NCBI GenBank assembly: GCA_946965045.2
Contig: OX337234.1
Coordinates: forward strand, 1,178,001 to 1,242,000
Source: Epithemia pelagica
Lineage: Eukaryota; Protista; Bacillariophyta
Reading direction: 5' to 3'
Length of the DNA stretch: 64,000 bases
A model generated the notes under the pieces. The model saw only the letters and a list, made by a program, of their open reading frames with translations, was not told where the DNA came from and did not search any database. A program made the translations under genes and the position numbers. Below, piece by piece: positions 1-10,705 of this stretch. How positions within the stretch are numbered: position 1 is the first letter of the stretch; each line of letters opens with the position of its first letter.

Positions 1-2635
1 CAAACCAATTGCTTTTTGCACCGTGACACATGATATTTGGCAAGGGAACGACAAGGACGTATTGGGAGTTAGTCTAATCTTCACTGACCCCAGGAACTGT
101 GAGATATACCGTCTTCCTGTTGGTTTATGTTCGACCAAGGGGCATTCTGCTGCTCAAGTGGCCGAGCACACAAAAGACATTCTCAATGCAGCTGGATTCA
201 CTCAAGCGGATCTGTCGTTGTCGGTCAACGACAACACCAATTCGGCCGTACTTGCTGGAAAGTACATCCTGGGAAATAACACCGGCGGAAAGTGCGACAT
301 GCACCGTGCGGAGTTAATTTTGAAGCACGCAACCGGTTTGGCCGTGAGGAAGAAAAAAGGCGAGGTAGTAGACAGCAACCCCAAGTTTATGAATATATAC
401 CAGAAGTTCTTCAAGTTTGCTGCGTGGCTAATGAGTTCCAGGGCAAAACGATGGGATAATCTTCGTGCATGGGCAAAAAAAAATGGGAGGGTGCTGATTG
501 CCATCCCAATGCCAAACATGACCCGGGTTGGAGGCTGCATGATAATGTTCCATGGCCTCATACGAAACAAATTCGTCATGGATGCATATGTAAACGATAC
601 ATTTGACAACAAGGATCAACAGTTTATTGATCGATACCCTACAGAAGAAGAATGGCAAGCTCTGTCTGAAATTGAGGGTTTTCTTTCACCTCTCAAAGCT
701 GTATCAATGACGTTGCAAGTGGACAATCCATCAGCCTCTGCTGGATCCCTCCTTGAAATTTTCAGCAGCAAACACTTCTTGGACACTATGAAAACTATGG
801 GCGTCCCTGTTTTGAAGTTGACTGGCAATTCTGTTCGTCCATGGGATGCCAAATTAACCATTGAGAAACTCAAAAAAAGCAAACCGTACAGGGGTATTTT
901 GAAATACCAGGAGCTGACAGAGACAAGCCGATTATTGATTGATTGTGTCCTAGCAGAATATGGAAACTACATGGAAGAAGGGAACGACGAGCATGCAGAA
1001 CATGCCATGTGTGGGCATCCTTTCTTGGCATCCTACGGTCCAAATATCCTGAAGTCGATCAAAGTATATGACGAGGAGTCTATTAAGCGCGTGAGGAAAC
1101 AATTTGTAACAGACGTAGCCAACAAATTCGCAGAACCGAAGCCCCCACCAACAACAGCAACGTCAAACCAAACAGATGCCACCCAACAACAAGACGACAC
1201 GGTGGTCACCGACGATCTTCCAATAGAGGCAGATACAGAACCCGAGGTCCCTGACGCAGTAACAGATGTTATGGATTGTTTTAACATATTCAAGACGCAT
1301 CGGCAAACAAGGGAACAAGAAGATGCTGCGCTCCTAGCAGGAACAGGAGGGACGGATGGGACGGCAGTGGCAGGTCAACAGGCAACACAGCAACGAGCAA
1401 TGCATTTCAAAAAATGCGATGAACAGTTTGGACGATACCTGGAGTTCTGTGATACTGTTGTGCATAATTCCTGGGCAAATTTGATTAACGAATATCCTAC
1501 AGAGGCATTCCAAAAATTCTCTAAATCTTGGAGCGATCAAGACAAGGCTCAATTCCAATGTGCATGTAGAGAGAACCACTTTCATGCAGTTGGCAAATAC
1601 TTCGATGTCCTGAAATGGTGGTCGACTAACAGAAGCCTGTTTCCTAAGTTGTTCCCAAGTGCACTGGTATGGATCTCAAAACCTGCCACCAACGCATTTC
1701 AAGAAAGAGTCTTTTCTCGTTCCACGTTTATGGACCGCAATCCATTAATGCGTCGGCAACTAGATAAGAACTTTGAGATGCGTACGATGGAAAGTATCAC
1801 ACGGAAAGTGCGTTCGGAGATACTTGAGAACGAGAAAAGTCTCGCGTCGTTCCCAAAAGGGGACAGTAAGCAGAAGTTGGACAAGACAGCAACAGCAAAA
1901 TCAGTTGGTAACTCTTCCTCGTCCCCAGTGGTCATTGACGATAGTTCTGAGAGACAAGCCGAAACGACAACGACGACAATAACACAAGGACAGTCACAGT
2001 CAGGCACGGCAGGGAGCCAGGTGATCAGTCAAGTTCAAGTGTCACCATCACAATCGGAATCGCGGAGACTGGAAACAGTCTTAGCAGCGGCAGAGAAGCA
2101 TGTGGTATACAAATTGCAAGGCACTGTTGGTGAGTCTGGGATTGTTGCCGAGAGTGACTACAAGTTTAGAAAAGTTGGAGAGAAGGGCGTGGTGTCTCAA
2201 GGGACTTGGGATGAAGTAGAGTTGTTGGATTTGGTTGACCCAAAAGATCAGGATCAATTGGAAGCAATGAGTAGGACTGTTACTTCAGGAAATGGCGAAT
2301 TGTCCAAGGATGCAGAGGGAGAGGATTCCTATGAGGACATGATTGAAGCAATTGAAGAGAGAAAGCAAGAAATTGTGAACGAAAGTTTGGCAAAGAAACA
2401 AACTGAGGAAATCGAAGTAGTGGATCGAAGTAGCACTACAATGAAGAATCCTCCTGTTGCATCGGTGTCGGGATCAAAGTCACAAAAGAGTAGCAGTAGC
2501 AAACGGTCCCGACAACATTCGTTGTCAGAGTCAGTAGCAAGAACGGTCGTGCGAACTCCTTCCAAGCAAGGCAAGCGTAAGGCGGCACCACAAGAGACAC
2601 CTACCAGAAGGACAAGTCCAAGGACCAAAAAGTGA
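1..2635 (+). CDS. hAT-superfamily transposase, 5' partial (frame is open from the window edge)
   Basis: Motifs in hAT order: D-x-W (HDIW), VNDNTNS (second Asp), CxxH (KCDMH), PNMTR (the 'TRW' region), and a C-terminal dimerisation-domain pattern DVLKWW...FPKL...KPATNAFQERVFS containing the catalytic Glu; long low-complexity tail. Confidence 0.88.
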   Translation, partial: KPIAFCTVTHDIWQGNDKDVLGVSLIFTDPRNCEIYRLPVGLCSTKGHSAAQVAEHTKDILNAAGFTQADLSLSVNDNTNSAVLAGKYILGNNTGGKCDMHRAELILKHATGLAVRKKKGEVVDSNPKFMNIYQKFFKFAAWLMSSRAKRWDNLRAWAKKNGRVLIAIPMPNMTRVGGCMIMFHGLIRNKFVMDAYVNDTFDNKDQQFIDRYPTEEEWQALSEIEGFLSPLKAVSMTLQVDNPSASAGSLLEIFSSKHFLDTMKTMGVPVLKLTGNSVRPWDAKLTIEKLKKSKPYRGILKYQELTETSRLLIDCVLAEYGNYMEEGNDEHAEHAMCGHPFLASYGPNILKSIKVYDEESIKRVRKQFVTDVANKFAEPKPPPTTATSNQTDATQQQDDTVVTDDLPIEADTEPEVPDAVTDVMDCFNIFKTHRQTREQEDAALLAGTGGTDGTAVAGQQATQQRAMHFKKCDEQFGRYLEFCDTVVHNSWANLINEYPTEAFQKFSKSWSDQDKAQFQCACRENHFHAVGKYFDVLKWWSTNRSLFPKLFPSALVWISKPATNAFQERVFSRSTFMDRNPLMRRQLDKNFEMRTMESITRKVRSEILENEKSLASFPKGDSKQKLDKTATAKSVGNSSSSPVVIDDSSERQAETTTTTITQGQSQSGTAGSQVISQVQVSPSQSESRRLETVLAAAEKHVVYKLQGTVGESGIVAESDYKFRKVGEKGVVSQGTWDEVELLDLVDPKDQDQLEAMSRTVTSGNGELSKDAEGEDSYEDMIEAIEERKQEIVNESLAKKQTEEIEVVDRSSTTMKNPPVASVSGSKSQKSSSSKRSRQHSLSESVARTVVRTPSKQGKRKAAPQETPTRRTSPRTKK

Positions 2636-2673
2636 ATAGCATTAGTACCAATTGACAAGTATATGTAAAAGAA

Positions 2674-4458
2674 TTATTCATAAGCTGCAATTAGTTGCTG
2701 AAAGAAGAAACAAAGTGGGGTACGATGTTTTTTCTCAATCTCCGTATGTGATTTGACAAACTGCTCCATAATCCTATGACATTCTTTCCTCGTCTCTGTT
2801 TTGTTCAGCAGCTGTCCCAAGGCACCAAATAGAGGATTGATCTCCTGCCATTGATCATTGGGCAACCATGACTGTAATCCAAGTGAGCATTCCAAACCAT
2901 CCATGACATTGGTCGGAGTCCAATTGAGGGTCTTTGTTGCCCGAATGACGTGTACGTCGGATGGAATGCCTTCGTTTCTGTTGAAGGCGGTGTGCAGGAT
3001 AATGGTAGCTGTTTTGTACCCAATGCCGGGAAGTGTTAGGAGTTCCTGAAGGGAAATGTTGCTAGGGATTGTGCCATTGTGGCGTTGTATAAAATAATCG
3101 GCACAATTGACGATTCTTTCCGCATTTTGTCTGAACTTTCCACATTCAGAAAGCAAGCTGCAAAATACATCCATCCCGAAATAGTTGGCCACTTTGATTG
3201 TACCAGTTGCACTTGTTATTCCAGCGTGGAAAAGGCGTGGAACCACTTGGGATAAACTTTTGTCCGAAGTGTTGGAACTCATGAGGATGATAATGAGACA
3301 CATGAATGCCCGGTCAGCATTGTCGTCGTCATCATCGTCAAGGTTGTCATTGATCCAGTCTTCCCATGTGTCTCTTGGAGTATCTAAGCCAGACCTTTTG
3401 AAGGTCTCACGTAGCTTCAATAAATTGTCTAACAACACCAATCTGTTGTTGATTGTTGATTGATAAAGCCAAGTAGAATGCCTTTGCTTGATTTGAATGG
3501 GAGGTTTGGTCAAGGCAGGTTGGCCGGGCATGTGCCGTGTACCGTCATCATATTCGATAGGTCCTTTGGATACTGATGCTTCTAAAAGAGCGTGGCAAAG
3601 AACTGTCTTTCTTTGTCGGGTCAGTATATATGCTGTCGGTGAATTTTGTCTGGCTCTCCAGTACGACATCGAGGGTGGAGTCTGGGGAGAACCAGCAATA
3701 ATTGGAGTTGTTGGTAGTACCACTGGTGGTTCTTCGCTTGGAAATGTTGGTCCTTCGTCGCATTGTGCATATACATTGGAGTCAGCATCCATTGGGGATA
3801 CCATTAAAGCCATACTTTCTTTCACTATGACATCAAGGCTCGGAGCAATTGAAATGGGCTGCTCAGAATGGTATGTACAACAATTCATGACTGAGATTTT
3901 GGAATTGAATCGATTCATCCATGTTAAAAGATTCCAACGGACATTGTCTTTGGTAAGTTCAGTGGGCACGTGGGAAAGATGGCTTTGAAGAAACTGTTGG
4001 AAGGAAGAGAATCCTCTGCAAGTAGAATTGAGGGTGATTTGGGGACAGCATTGTCCTGTGAGAGATATTAATGGTAGATTGTCCGAAGGAGGTTTTATGT
4101 TGAAGGTATAGTCGGTCTTGTCGTCTTGTTTTGAGAATAAACCGTGATACACCGTTTTGGAAAGAGTCCATAGGATTTGCTCGAATGTCATGTGCATGGG
4201 TGACGAACAGGGATGACTTGATTTTGTGACAACATCAACTTGTTGGTAAATTAGATTCCCATTGTTCCGATTCAACCAAAGTAGAATATGGTCTTTTATG
4301 GACCGTAAGGTGTTGTTGGGTTCCTCATTGGCGGTGTGTTGACAAGAAGATGAGAATTTGACCATCATTGTCATGAAAGAGACAGGGACATGGGTGATGG
4401 TGAAGATTTGGTGGCATGATGAGTGGAGAGTGATTGAGTAATCATCAATGCCAGACAT
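2674..4458 (-). CDS. Endonuclease III/NTH-like HhH-GPD DNA glycosylase (594 aa; unknown ~370-aa N-terminus; no 4Fe-4S motif)
   Basis: FMCLIIILMSSNTSDK, HhH motif ELLTLPGIGYKTA with the catalytic Lys, PSDVHV with the catalytic Asp, then WLP..QW.EIN.LFGALGQ; the C-x6-C-x2-C-x5-C cluster motif is absent. Confidence 0.85.
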   Translation of the reverse strand: MSGIDDYSITLHSSCHQIFTITHVPVSFMTMMVKFSSSCQHTANEEPNNTLRSIKDHILLWLNRNNGNLIYQQVDVVTKSSHPCSSPMHMTFEQILWTLSKTVYHGLFSKQDDKTDYTFNIKPPSDNLPLISLTGQCCPQITLNSTCRGFSSFQQFLQSHLSHVPTELTKDNVRWNLLTWMNRFNSKISVMNCCTYHSEQPISIAPSLDVIVKESMALMVSPMDADSNVYAQCDEGPTFPSEEPPVVLPTTPIIAGSPQTPPSMSYWRARQNSPTAYILTRQRKTVLCHALLEASVSKGPIEYDDGTRHMPGQPALTKPPIQIKQRHSTWLYQSTINNRLVLLDNLLKLRETFKRSGLDTPRDTWEDWINDNLDDDDDDNADRAFMCLIIILMSSNTSDKSLSQVVPRLFHAGITSATGTIKVANYFGMDVFCSLLSECGKFRQNAERIVNCADYFIQRHNGTIPSNISLQELLTLPGIGYKTATIILHTAFNRNEGIPSDVHVIRATKTLNWTPTNVMDGLECSLGLQSWLPNDQWQEINPLFGALGQLLNKTETRKECHRIMEQFVKSHTEIEKKHRTPLCFFFQQLIAAYE

Positions 4459-4719
4459 TCAGATTTGGATTGATGGGTATAGTATATAGAACTTAGGACT
4501 TAGGAGTTGGGAGATATGAAAGTATGAGACGTTGCCTGTTGTTTGTTGCCTGTTGTGTTTGTTTGCGATGAGAGACACTGTTGTTAAGCGCACCTCAGAC
4601 CTCAGTGAGAGAAGAAGGCAGCAATCGCAGTGTACTCCTTCAAGTGCATATTCCATCATAAGACAACTAATAAAGGGTTGATTACTAGTCTGGCTTGGTG
4701 TGGGGAGTGCCGCAAAACA

Positions 4720-5126
4720 CATGGTAAAGTTGGACTTCGATCGTGGAAGTTATAACTTGAAGTCAAGTCAGTATGGGCTGAGAGAGAATGAAGTTAAGTT
4801 ACAAGCACAGGTTTTCCGACTTGACTTCCAAAGTCAAGTTGTGACTTTGTAAGTAAGACTTATAAATGAGTAAGTTCGTCTAAGTCAAGTCTAGTAGAAA
4901 TAAGAACTTAGCCCCAACATAAAGTCAAATTGCAAGTGTCGGTGTTGAGATTATTAGTTAAAAGTCTAATCAGAAAGGTGGTTCTTATGAATTGATTAGT
5001 TGAAGTTAAATTACAGTAAATGTTACTGAGATTACGGTGAAGGAAGTCAAATTGTACTAGTTTCTCTAATAGACTTGAAGTCTAAAAGTTAAATTATTAA
5101 GCCAGTTTTCTAACTTCCACACCCTG
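4720..5126. mobile_element. Right subterminal region and probable terminal inverted repeat of the hAT element
   Basis: Dense AAGT(C/T)AA / TTGACTT motifs in both orientations, ending abruptly at ...CTTCCACACCCTG (reverse complement CAGGGTGTGGAAG, fits the hAT YARNG start); the left end lies outside the window. Confidence 0.65.
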
Positions 5127-5339
5127 AACGTGATGACTATGCACGTTCCACAGTCACGTTCCGCAGTCCCGTAGTATCCATTCCCGAATGACCCGTAAGA
5201 AACACCTTACTGTCTATCTGCTGAACGAATCCGACGGTATCGTCTGTTGGAAATGAAAATTTGCCCCCAACCCCAACCCCCAAATTTAGCGTGGGGGACA
5301 GGAATGACGAAAGAGTTTGTGCGGACAGGTTGGGGTAAT

Positions 5340-6058
5340 GGGTAGACTACCGCATTCTCGTAGTCAGATCATCGTGCCTCTTTGACCGTAGTTGGGATAC
5401 AAACATATTCAATAAACAAAGTCTGCTGTCCAAACTTGATAAAGGTATGGATAAAGCAACGATGTACCTCGCGGCTGTGCCTGTATTTTCATACAAATCG
5501 TCAAAAGTCCATCTCCACGGTGAAGATATTGTATCGTAAGGCCCCCAATAAAAGTAGTTCTATAGGGGACCTCAACTCTTGACGCGGAGAACCATCTTCT
5601 GTCCATCGACCAAACAGTTCAACTTGGCTGTCATCTTTGGTTTTCTACAACAGAATAGGGAATAGGGCACCATAAGATATGCGAAACCTCAACCTGAAGG
5701 TCTTCAACCATGTAGGGTCTAGTAGAGGACGAGGGTTGGAAACACAACTGATGTACCATGGAGACAGCATAGCAGTTATGGCAACAATCTGGCTAGTCTC
5801 ATCTCTGACCATATTCATGATTCTTGACGTGCGATTACGAGGGGTCGACAGTGCCCGTGCTTCCGAGAATTGGGTGGAAAAAGACTGTTGATCTTGTTTG
5901 TCTTCAAGAATGATAGTGGCTGCCAAGGCAGCAGCTTGGTTGATGGTGTGAACCAGCTTCCTCCTCTTGTTGTACCAATCGTTCAGTGCATCGGTGTCGT
6001 CACAGTCAGAGTCTCCCTCCATATTGCAAGCTAGAACGAGATGATAAGAATGAGGCAA
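5340..6058 (-). pseudogene. Decayed PIF/Harbinger transposase fragment
   Basis: Conserved motifs spread over shifting frames: KTFRLRFRISYGALF, SPIELLLLGALRY, WTFDDLYENTG, FIKFG...YVCIPTTVKEA; truncated before the catalytic core. Confidence 0.7.
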
Positions 6059-6095
6059 TGCGAGACACGAGACTGGTGGGGAGTCAAAACATTAA

Positions 6096-7913
6096 CGCCA
6101 TTCATAAAGAACGGGTGTTAAGCTTATGCGAGTAGCATATAGTTGTCTCCCATAAAATTTATGGGAGACAACGTGCTACTCGCTTAGTTGTCTCCCTTCT
6201 TAACGCCATACGTAAGGGAGCAGTATATATACTGATCCCATAAATTCGAGCAGTATATACACTCCTCCCATAACTTTGAATACATCTACTAATTGGAATA
6301 TAGACGTCATTGTCTTTTTCACTTGTAATTCTAATAGTTTGTGGAATTTTGAACATTTTCATATATCATAGTCTACACTGATTTTGAAATTATAACAGTC
6401 GTTTCGTGTATCAAAACTTGGATGATTTTTGTGATTTTCTCATCCCATCGACCATGGCCCAACTTTGAGCAGTACGCACACACTCAATATCCAACAGCAA
6501 ATGTCAAGACCTTCCATTCTGGTGTAAAATAATATGAACTATAGGACTTTGTCTTTATTTGTGATTTGACAGCACCTCTGTTGAGCATTCGGCAATTCCC
6601 TTTCTCAGACCATGTTTTTGCCTGCTTCACAGCATTGACCCTTTTTCGACACATTGAACCTTTCCTTGGTCAACTTTCGCCTCCACATACCATCTGTCTT
6701 GATCAATTGACTTTCCTTCATCCATTCTGACCTGGTTTGGCATCATTGGAAGATGATCCATGCCATTTTCATTGTCCGCCCTCATTGTCTCTCATGGTCA
6801 TCGCGGATGGCCGCTCAAGTTCGAGAAAAGCGACTAAAATGACAAAAAATTCTCACTATGAATAAATTTGTACTCGAAATTAAAACGACAATTTTTCAAA
6901 TCGTGTTAAGATGGGAGCAGTTTATGGGACACAAACCATATATCGCTAAAGTTTTATGGGAGTAGTTTATTTGCTAATCCGTTAGGCTTAAAACGCGTTC
7001 CTTACGTATGGCGTTAAAACACTAACCCGACCCGTGTTAAGCAATATGACAATTGCCCCCTCCGTTGGTGTTGTCATACAAGTGGCACCTAGTCCATGAT
7101 GTTGACACCTAGTCCATGATGTTGTGACCATGATGTAGCGACCATGATGTAGTGATACGAGAAGTCAACAAAATAACTCTTCACATCTACAAATCTCTGT
7201 TTATTCCTATCTACTGTTGTTCTCACAATCAGTGGATTTCCGTTGTTTCGTCGTCCTCACCATTGACGTTGTTGTCTTTCGTGTTGTTCTCATCCTCTTC
7301 CATATTGCTGTTGCCGGCAGTCCTTCTCCTCTTTCTTGTGTATATCTGCCTCCTCATCATCAGCTTCCTCTGGTACTGTTGTACTGGCTTCAGGTGCAAG
7401 GTTGGTAGCACCTTGGACGGGTCACTTGGCATCTGAGATCGATATCTTGGACGGGTTGCTTGGCATGTGGATTGATGAGCCATTGCGACGAATCCAGTTG
7501 CGCCGACTCACGGTCGTCATTTTCCACAGGGAAGGGTCGGGACGACATTTCCTTTGGTCAAGGCCTTCTTTGCCATATAGATCTCCAGAATGGAGAGTCC
7601 TGCAACAATCGGTGCAGATGTCACATATATAAAGCGTACTAAAGTTGGTGCTCAGCCGATGGAAGATGTAAATGAGCGAAAATGAGGAAAATCACCAATT
7701 TTTCAAGTTCAAATATCAAGCTAATGAGTGGATCTTTACTGTAGACTATCATATCTGAAGTTGTTCCAAATTCCAAGCTCTATACAACGATAAAGTCAAA
7801 TTAGTGTGGAATTGAATTTAGATGAAGTTAAGGCAAGTCGAAGTTAAGCGAGTAGCGTATATCTGTCTCGCTTATATGGGAGACAGCTATACGCTACTCG
7901 CTTACGAATGGCG
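6096..7913. mobile_element. Non-autonomous TTAA-flanked DNA element (outer)
   Basis: TTAA at 6092-6095 and 7914-7917; inverted ends CGCCATTC(A/G)TAA, each followed by a homologous hairpin GCGAGTAGC...TGTCTC...GAGACA...GCTACTCGC. Confidence 0.65.
6204..7013. mobile_element. Non-autonomous TTAA-flanked DNA element (inner, related family)
   Basis: Perfect 14-bp TIR CGCCATACGTAAGG at 6204-6217 and 7000-7013; TTAA on both sides; subterminal CCCATA/TATGGG motifs. Confidence 0.75.
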
Positions 7914-8459
7914 TTAACCTAGGTAGGTAGTGGAGGATTTCACGGATTGGAATCTACTCTCAGTTGTACAGTTTTCAGTTTTGCTGACGTCACTGTAGAG
8001 ATTAAAGTAGACGCACTCATCATCCTTATCCGGAGCAATACGAAAAAAAGGAAAAACCCAAAACCCCCAAACATTTGAGATTTTCTATCAAAGGGGAATA
8101 GTTTATTCTTCCAGCTGCCGCGCCTACCCGCTAGGGTACGGTCGACCGACTGCCCTGGCGCCATTACTCTCGGCTTGTGACAAGGGGCCACATAGACGAA
8201 CCGCTTTTCGGGCCCCACATCTAGCCCTCCCAACCACCTAGTCACAGCGGACTCGAACCCTGGACACCCAGGGACACCCGCTATTTTTGTAACCATAGTG
8301 CTAATGGACCTTGAACAGAATATACCAAAAAGGGCGAAGGACGGACAAGCTTATTTTCTTTTTGGTACACTATAATAGAACAAAATACTTATCGACATTG
8401 ATATTTCTGTATATTAGAATACATAGAGAGGAAAATACACGAATCGGAACATTTGGCGA

Positions 8460-8645
8460 GGGTCGATACAACCCGATACAAACCATACAACTGGTCGAGA
8501 CAACATCCGATACAACCGATACAAATTCCGATACAACCCGATACAACCCGATACAACCGATACAACCCCGATACAAACGATACACGGGGGTCGATACAAC
8601 CGATACAAATCGACAAAACCCCGATACACACACCCGATACAACAA
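8460..8645 (+). repeat. Left subterminal array of CCGATACAA motifs
   Basis: More than a dozen imperfect CCGATACA copies on the plus strand. Confidence 0.9.
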
Positions 8646-8685
8646 CAAGAATGAGTCTTCACAACAAAAATGAGCTTCACAAAAC

Positions 8686-9402
8686 GTGATCGCAAAACAC
8701 GTCGAAGTTATTGACAACGATCGACGAAATGGAACACGACACAACAACCAACCTTTTTTGTCGCCAGGTAGTGGACAAAGAAAGAGGATGAGCAAGCAGG
8801 TCTCTGTATCGAAGAAGGAGAAGGAGAAGGAGAAGTTTGTTGATTGGAGGAAATGCGAGGGGCGGGCGATCCTCATCGAGGATTTGGAGCCAGGTGGTCT
8901 GCTCTACAACATGAACATGGTGCCGGCAGACCACCTTTTCAAGTTTTACAAGCGGCTCCCGGAGTTCAAAGGTGTCCCCTTCCAACAATTCAAGGCACGG
9001 CTGCAGGATCATCGACGCCAAGCAGACTACGCGAATGAAAGGGCAAGAAGTGACGAAAGGGCCCTTATTCATGACAGAAGGTTATATCCAAGACAACAAC
9101 ACAACAACAAAGGTGAACTTGTCTTTGACCTTCACCCTGCAAAGCTGCTTCTTCGGCAGGATGTGAAGAATGGTGTGCACCTACGCTTGAAGCCATCCGA
9201 GCTTCAAAGGACACGTCCTGCCTACAGAGACTTTAAGCCAGCAATCTTCAAGTACCGCATTTACCAGGAAGCACGCCGCCAACGTTTTTTCAACTATCTG
9301 GCACTGAAACGCAAGGAGGAGCAAGGACGAGGACCTGTTGTCCCCTGTGATGAGCTGCGACGACGACATGATTTGGCAAATCATATACAAGACTATACGT
9401 AA
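8686..9402 (+). CDS. Transposon accessory protein A, unknown function, two internally similar helical repeats (likely start ATG 8788)
   Basis: Intact ORF inside the TIRs, convergent with the transposase; repeats DWRKCEGRAILIEDL...PEFKGVPFQQFKARL and FDLHPAKLLLRQDV...PAYRDFKPAIFKYRI. Confidence 0.7.
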   Translation: MIAKHVEVIDNDRRNGTRHNNQPFLSPGSGQRKRMSKQVSVSKKEKEKEKFVDWRKCEGRAILIEDLEPGGLLYNMNMVPADHLFKFYKRLPEFKGVPFQQFKARLQDHRRQADYANERARSDERALIHDRRLYPRQQHNNKGELVFDLHPAKLLLRQDVKNGVHLRLKPSELQRTRPAYRDFKPAIFKYRIYQEARRQRFFNYLALKRKEEQGRGPVVPCDELRRRHDLANHIQDYT

Positions 9403-9447
9403 ACAAATAGAAAACACAAACAAACTTTTCTCTACTTTAGACATTCA

Positions 9448-10437
9448 TTAGGGTTGAAAGAGATGAGAGCTGCCATTGTTCATGGCATATTGCAACGTAA
9501 CAGCGACAGCTTGAAAGGCAAGTCCATGATTTGTGTCGCTGTGCCTCCAAGTTTGGTGCATGGAGGCAAAGGTAGACATTTTTCCGTTGAACGATTTGTG
9601 TCGCAGGCGGATGCGACTCTTAATATTGTTCGCCATCCTTGAATCGTGTTGTGGGTTGGGCCAAGCAACCTTGTCGCGGAAAGCATTCTTGATGTAACCG
9701 CGATCAGCCACAACCTTTTTTCCATCCGCGAGGTGCTCCAGCACACCAGACCTCTCGAGCATCTCCTTGTCACCCATGCCTCCGCGCACTGGTCCAAAGA
9801 TATCCACGACTTGCTGGCGATATGCACATAGAGTGATTTGATATTTCACTCCACCGTGCGCACGCTTCTGTGAGAAATTTTGTCGATGAAACGGAAGCAG
9901 TTCAGTCTTGTGCTTTCGTTCCCACGTTTTCTTATCAACACCATCCACAGATAGCGCGAAAATCTCCGAGTCAGGATTGTTCAGGTCGTGAGGCCAGAAA
10001 ATTACCTTCTCCTCAAGCGCTGCGATCTTCCGAATCCATTTCCAGAGATTCTTGCCTCGGACGTTGCACGCACAAATTCGGAACCTGTCACCAAGCTGTA
10101 CGCTGCTTCGAGGATAGCTGTAGATAAAGAAATGCGCAACCATGAACATGCGAAAGCCTTTTTGTTTATCCTTAGTACTTAGCTTTGCCTCTTCAATTGT
10201 CGTATGGCACAAGTCATACCACATGGTTGCAATTGTAAGAGGCACCGATCCATAGTGTTGTTGGAACTTGTTGATGCGTTGCTCTCTCGTCAGACGGCCA
10301 TCCACGTCCAAGGAGAGATAAGCTAAGCCTCGCGTGAGAACCTCGTCTGGCTCGACCAGTGGCACCATCTTCTCTTTATGTTGAACAGTAGGAAGATTCC
10401 GATGCGACCAACTTGGGGGAAGGAAGACAGCCTTCAT
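9448..10437 (-). CDS. Harbinger/IS5-like DDE transposase (DDE_Tnp_4-type); putative catalytic Glu replaced by Lys
   Basis: SVDGVD, GPVRGGMGDKEM, ADRGY, and RIRLRHKSFNGKM where R..HE..NG is expected. Confidence 0.82.
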   Translation of the reverse strand: MKAVFLPPSWSHRNLPTVQHKEKMVPLVEPDEVLTRGLAYLSLDVDGRLTREQRINKFQQHYGSVPLTIATMWYDLCHTTIEEAKLSTKDKQKGFRMFMVAHFFIYSYPRSSVQLGDRFRICACNVRGKNLWKWIRKIAALEEKVIFWPHDLNNPDSEIFALSVDGVDKKTWERKHKTELLPFHRQNFSQKRAHGGVKYQITLCAYRQQVVDIFGPVRGGMGDKEMLERSGVLEHLADGKKVVADRGYIKNAFRDKVAWPNPQHDSRMANNIKSRIRLRHKSFNGKMSTFASMHQTWRHSDTNHGLAFQAVAVTLQYAMNNGSSHLFQP

Positions 10438-10705
10438 GGCTCATTCCCTAGTAGTGTCACAAATTAGCGGAAAGGTGCTTCATCCCGAACACGAGTAGAA
10501 AGATCCGTGGGTCCACACACACCAATCTGCCCTAAGTAAACTTAAATACTGCTTATGATCAAGCAATCAAACACATTCCTATGATATTAGTAGCTGTAGA
10601 CAAACCAACGACACAAGAGGAGCATGTTGGATCAAGAGGGAATGGCTTGCGCTTTGCAAACCTGTCTACTCCTCTCGTTGATTGTTGGATCATTGATTTT
10701 CTATC

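Noticed and set aside
8460-8645. CRISPR-like appearance of the CCGATACA, GGAAACA and TGACAGAC arrays
   Set aside because: Short degenerate units, no regular unique spacers, no cas genes, and a eukaryotic transposon context.
8414-8876. Overlapping ORFs rich in YRLYR / IQPIQ / CIGC
   Set aside because: They are translations of the CCGATACA subterminal array, not genes.
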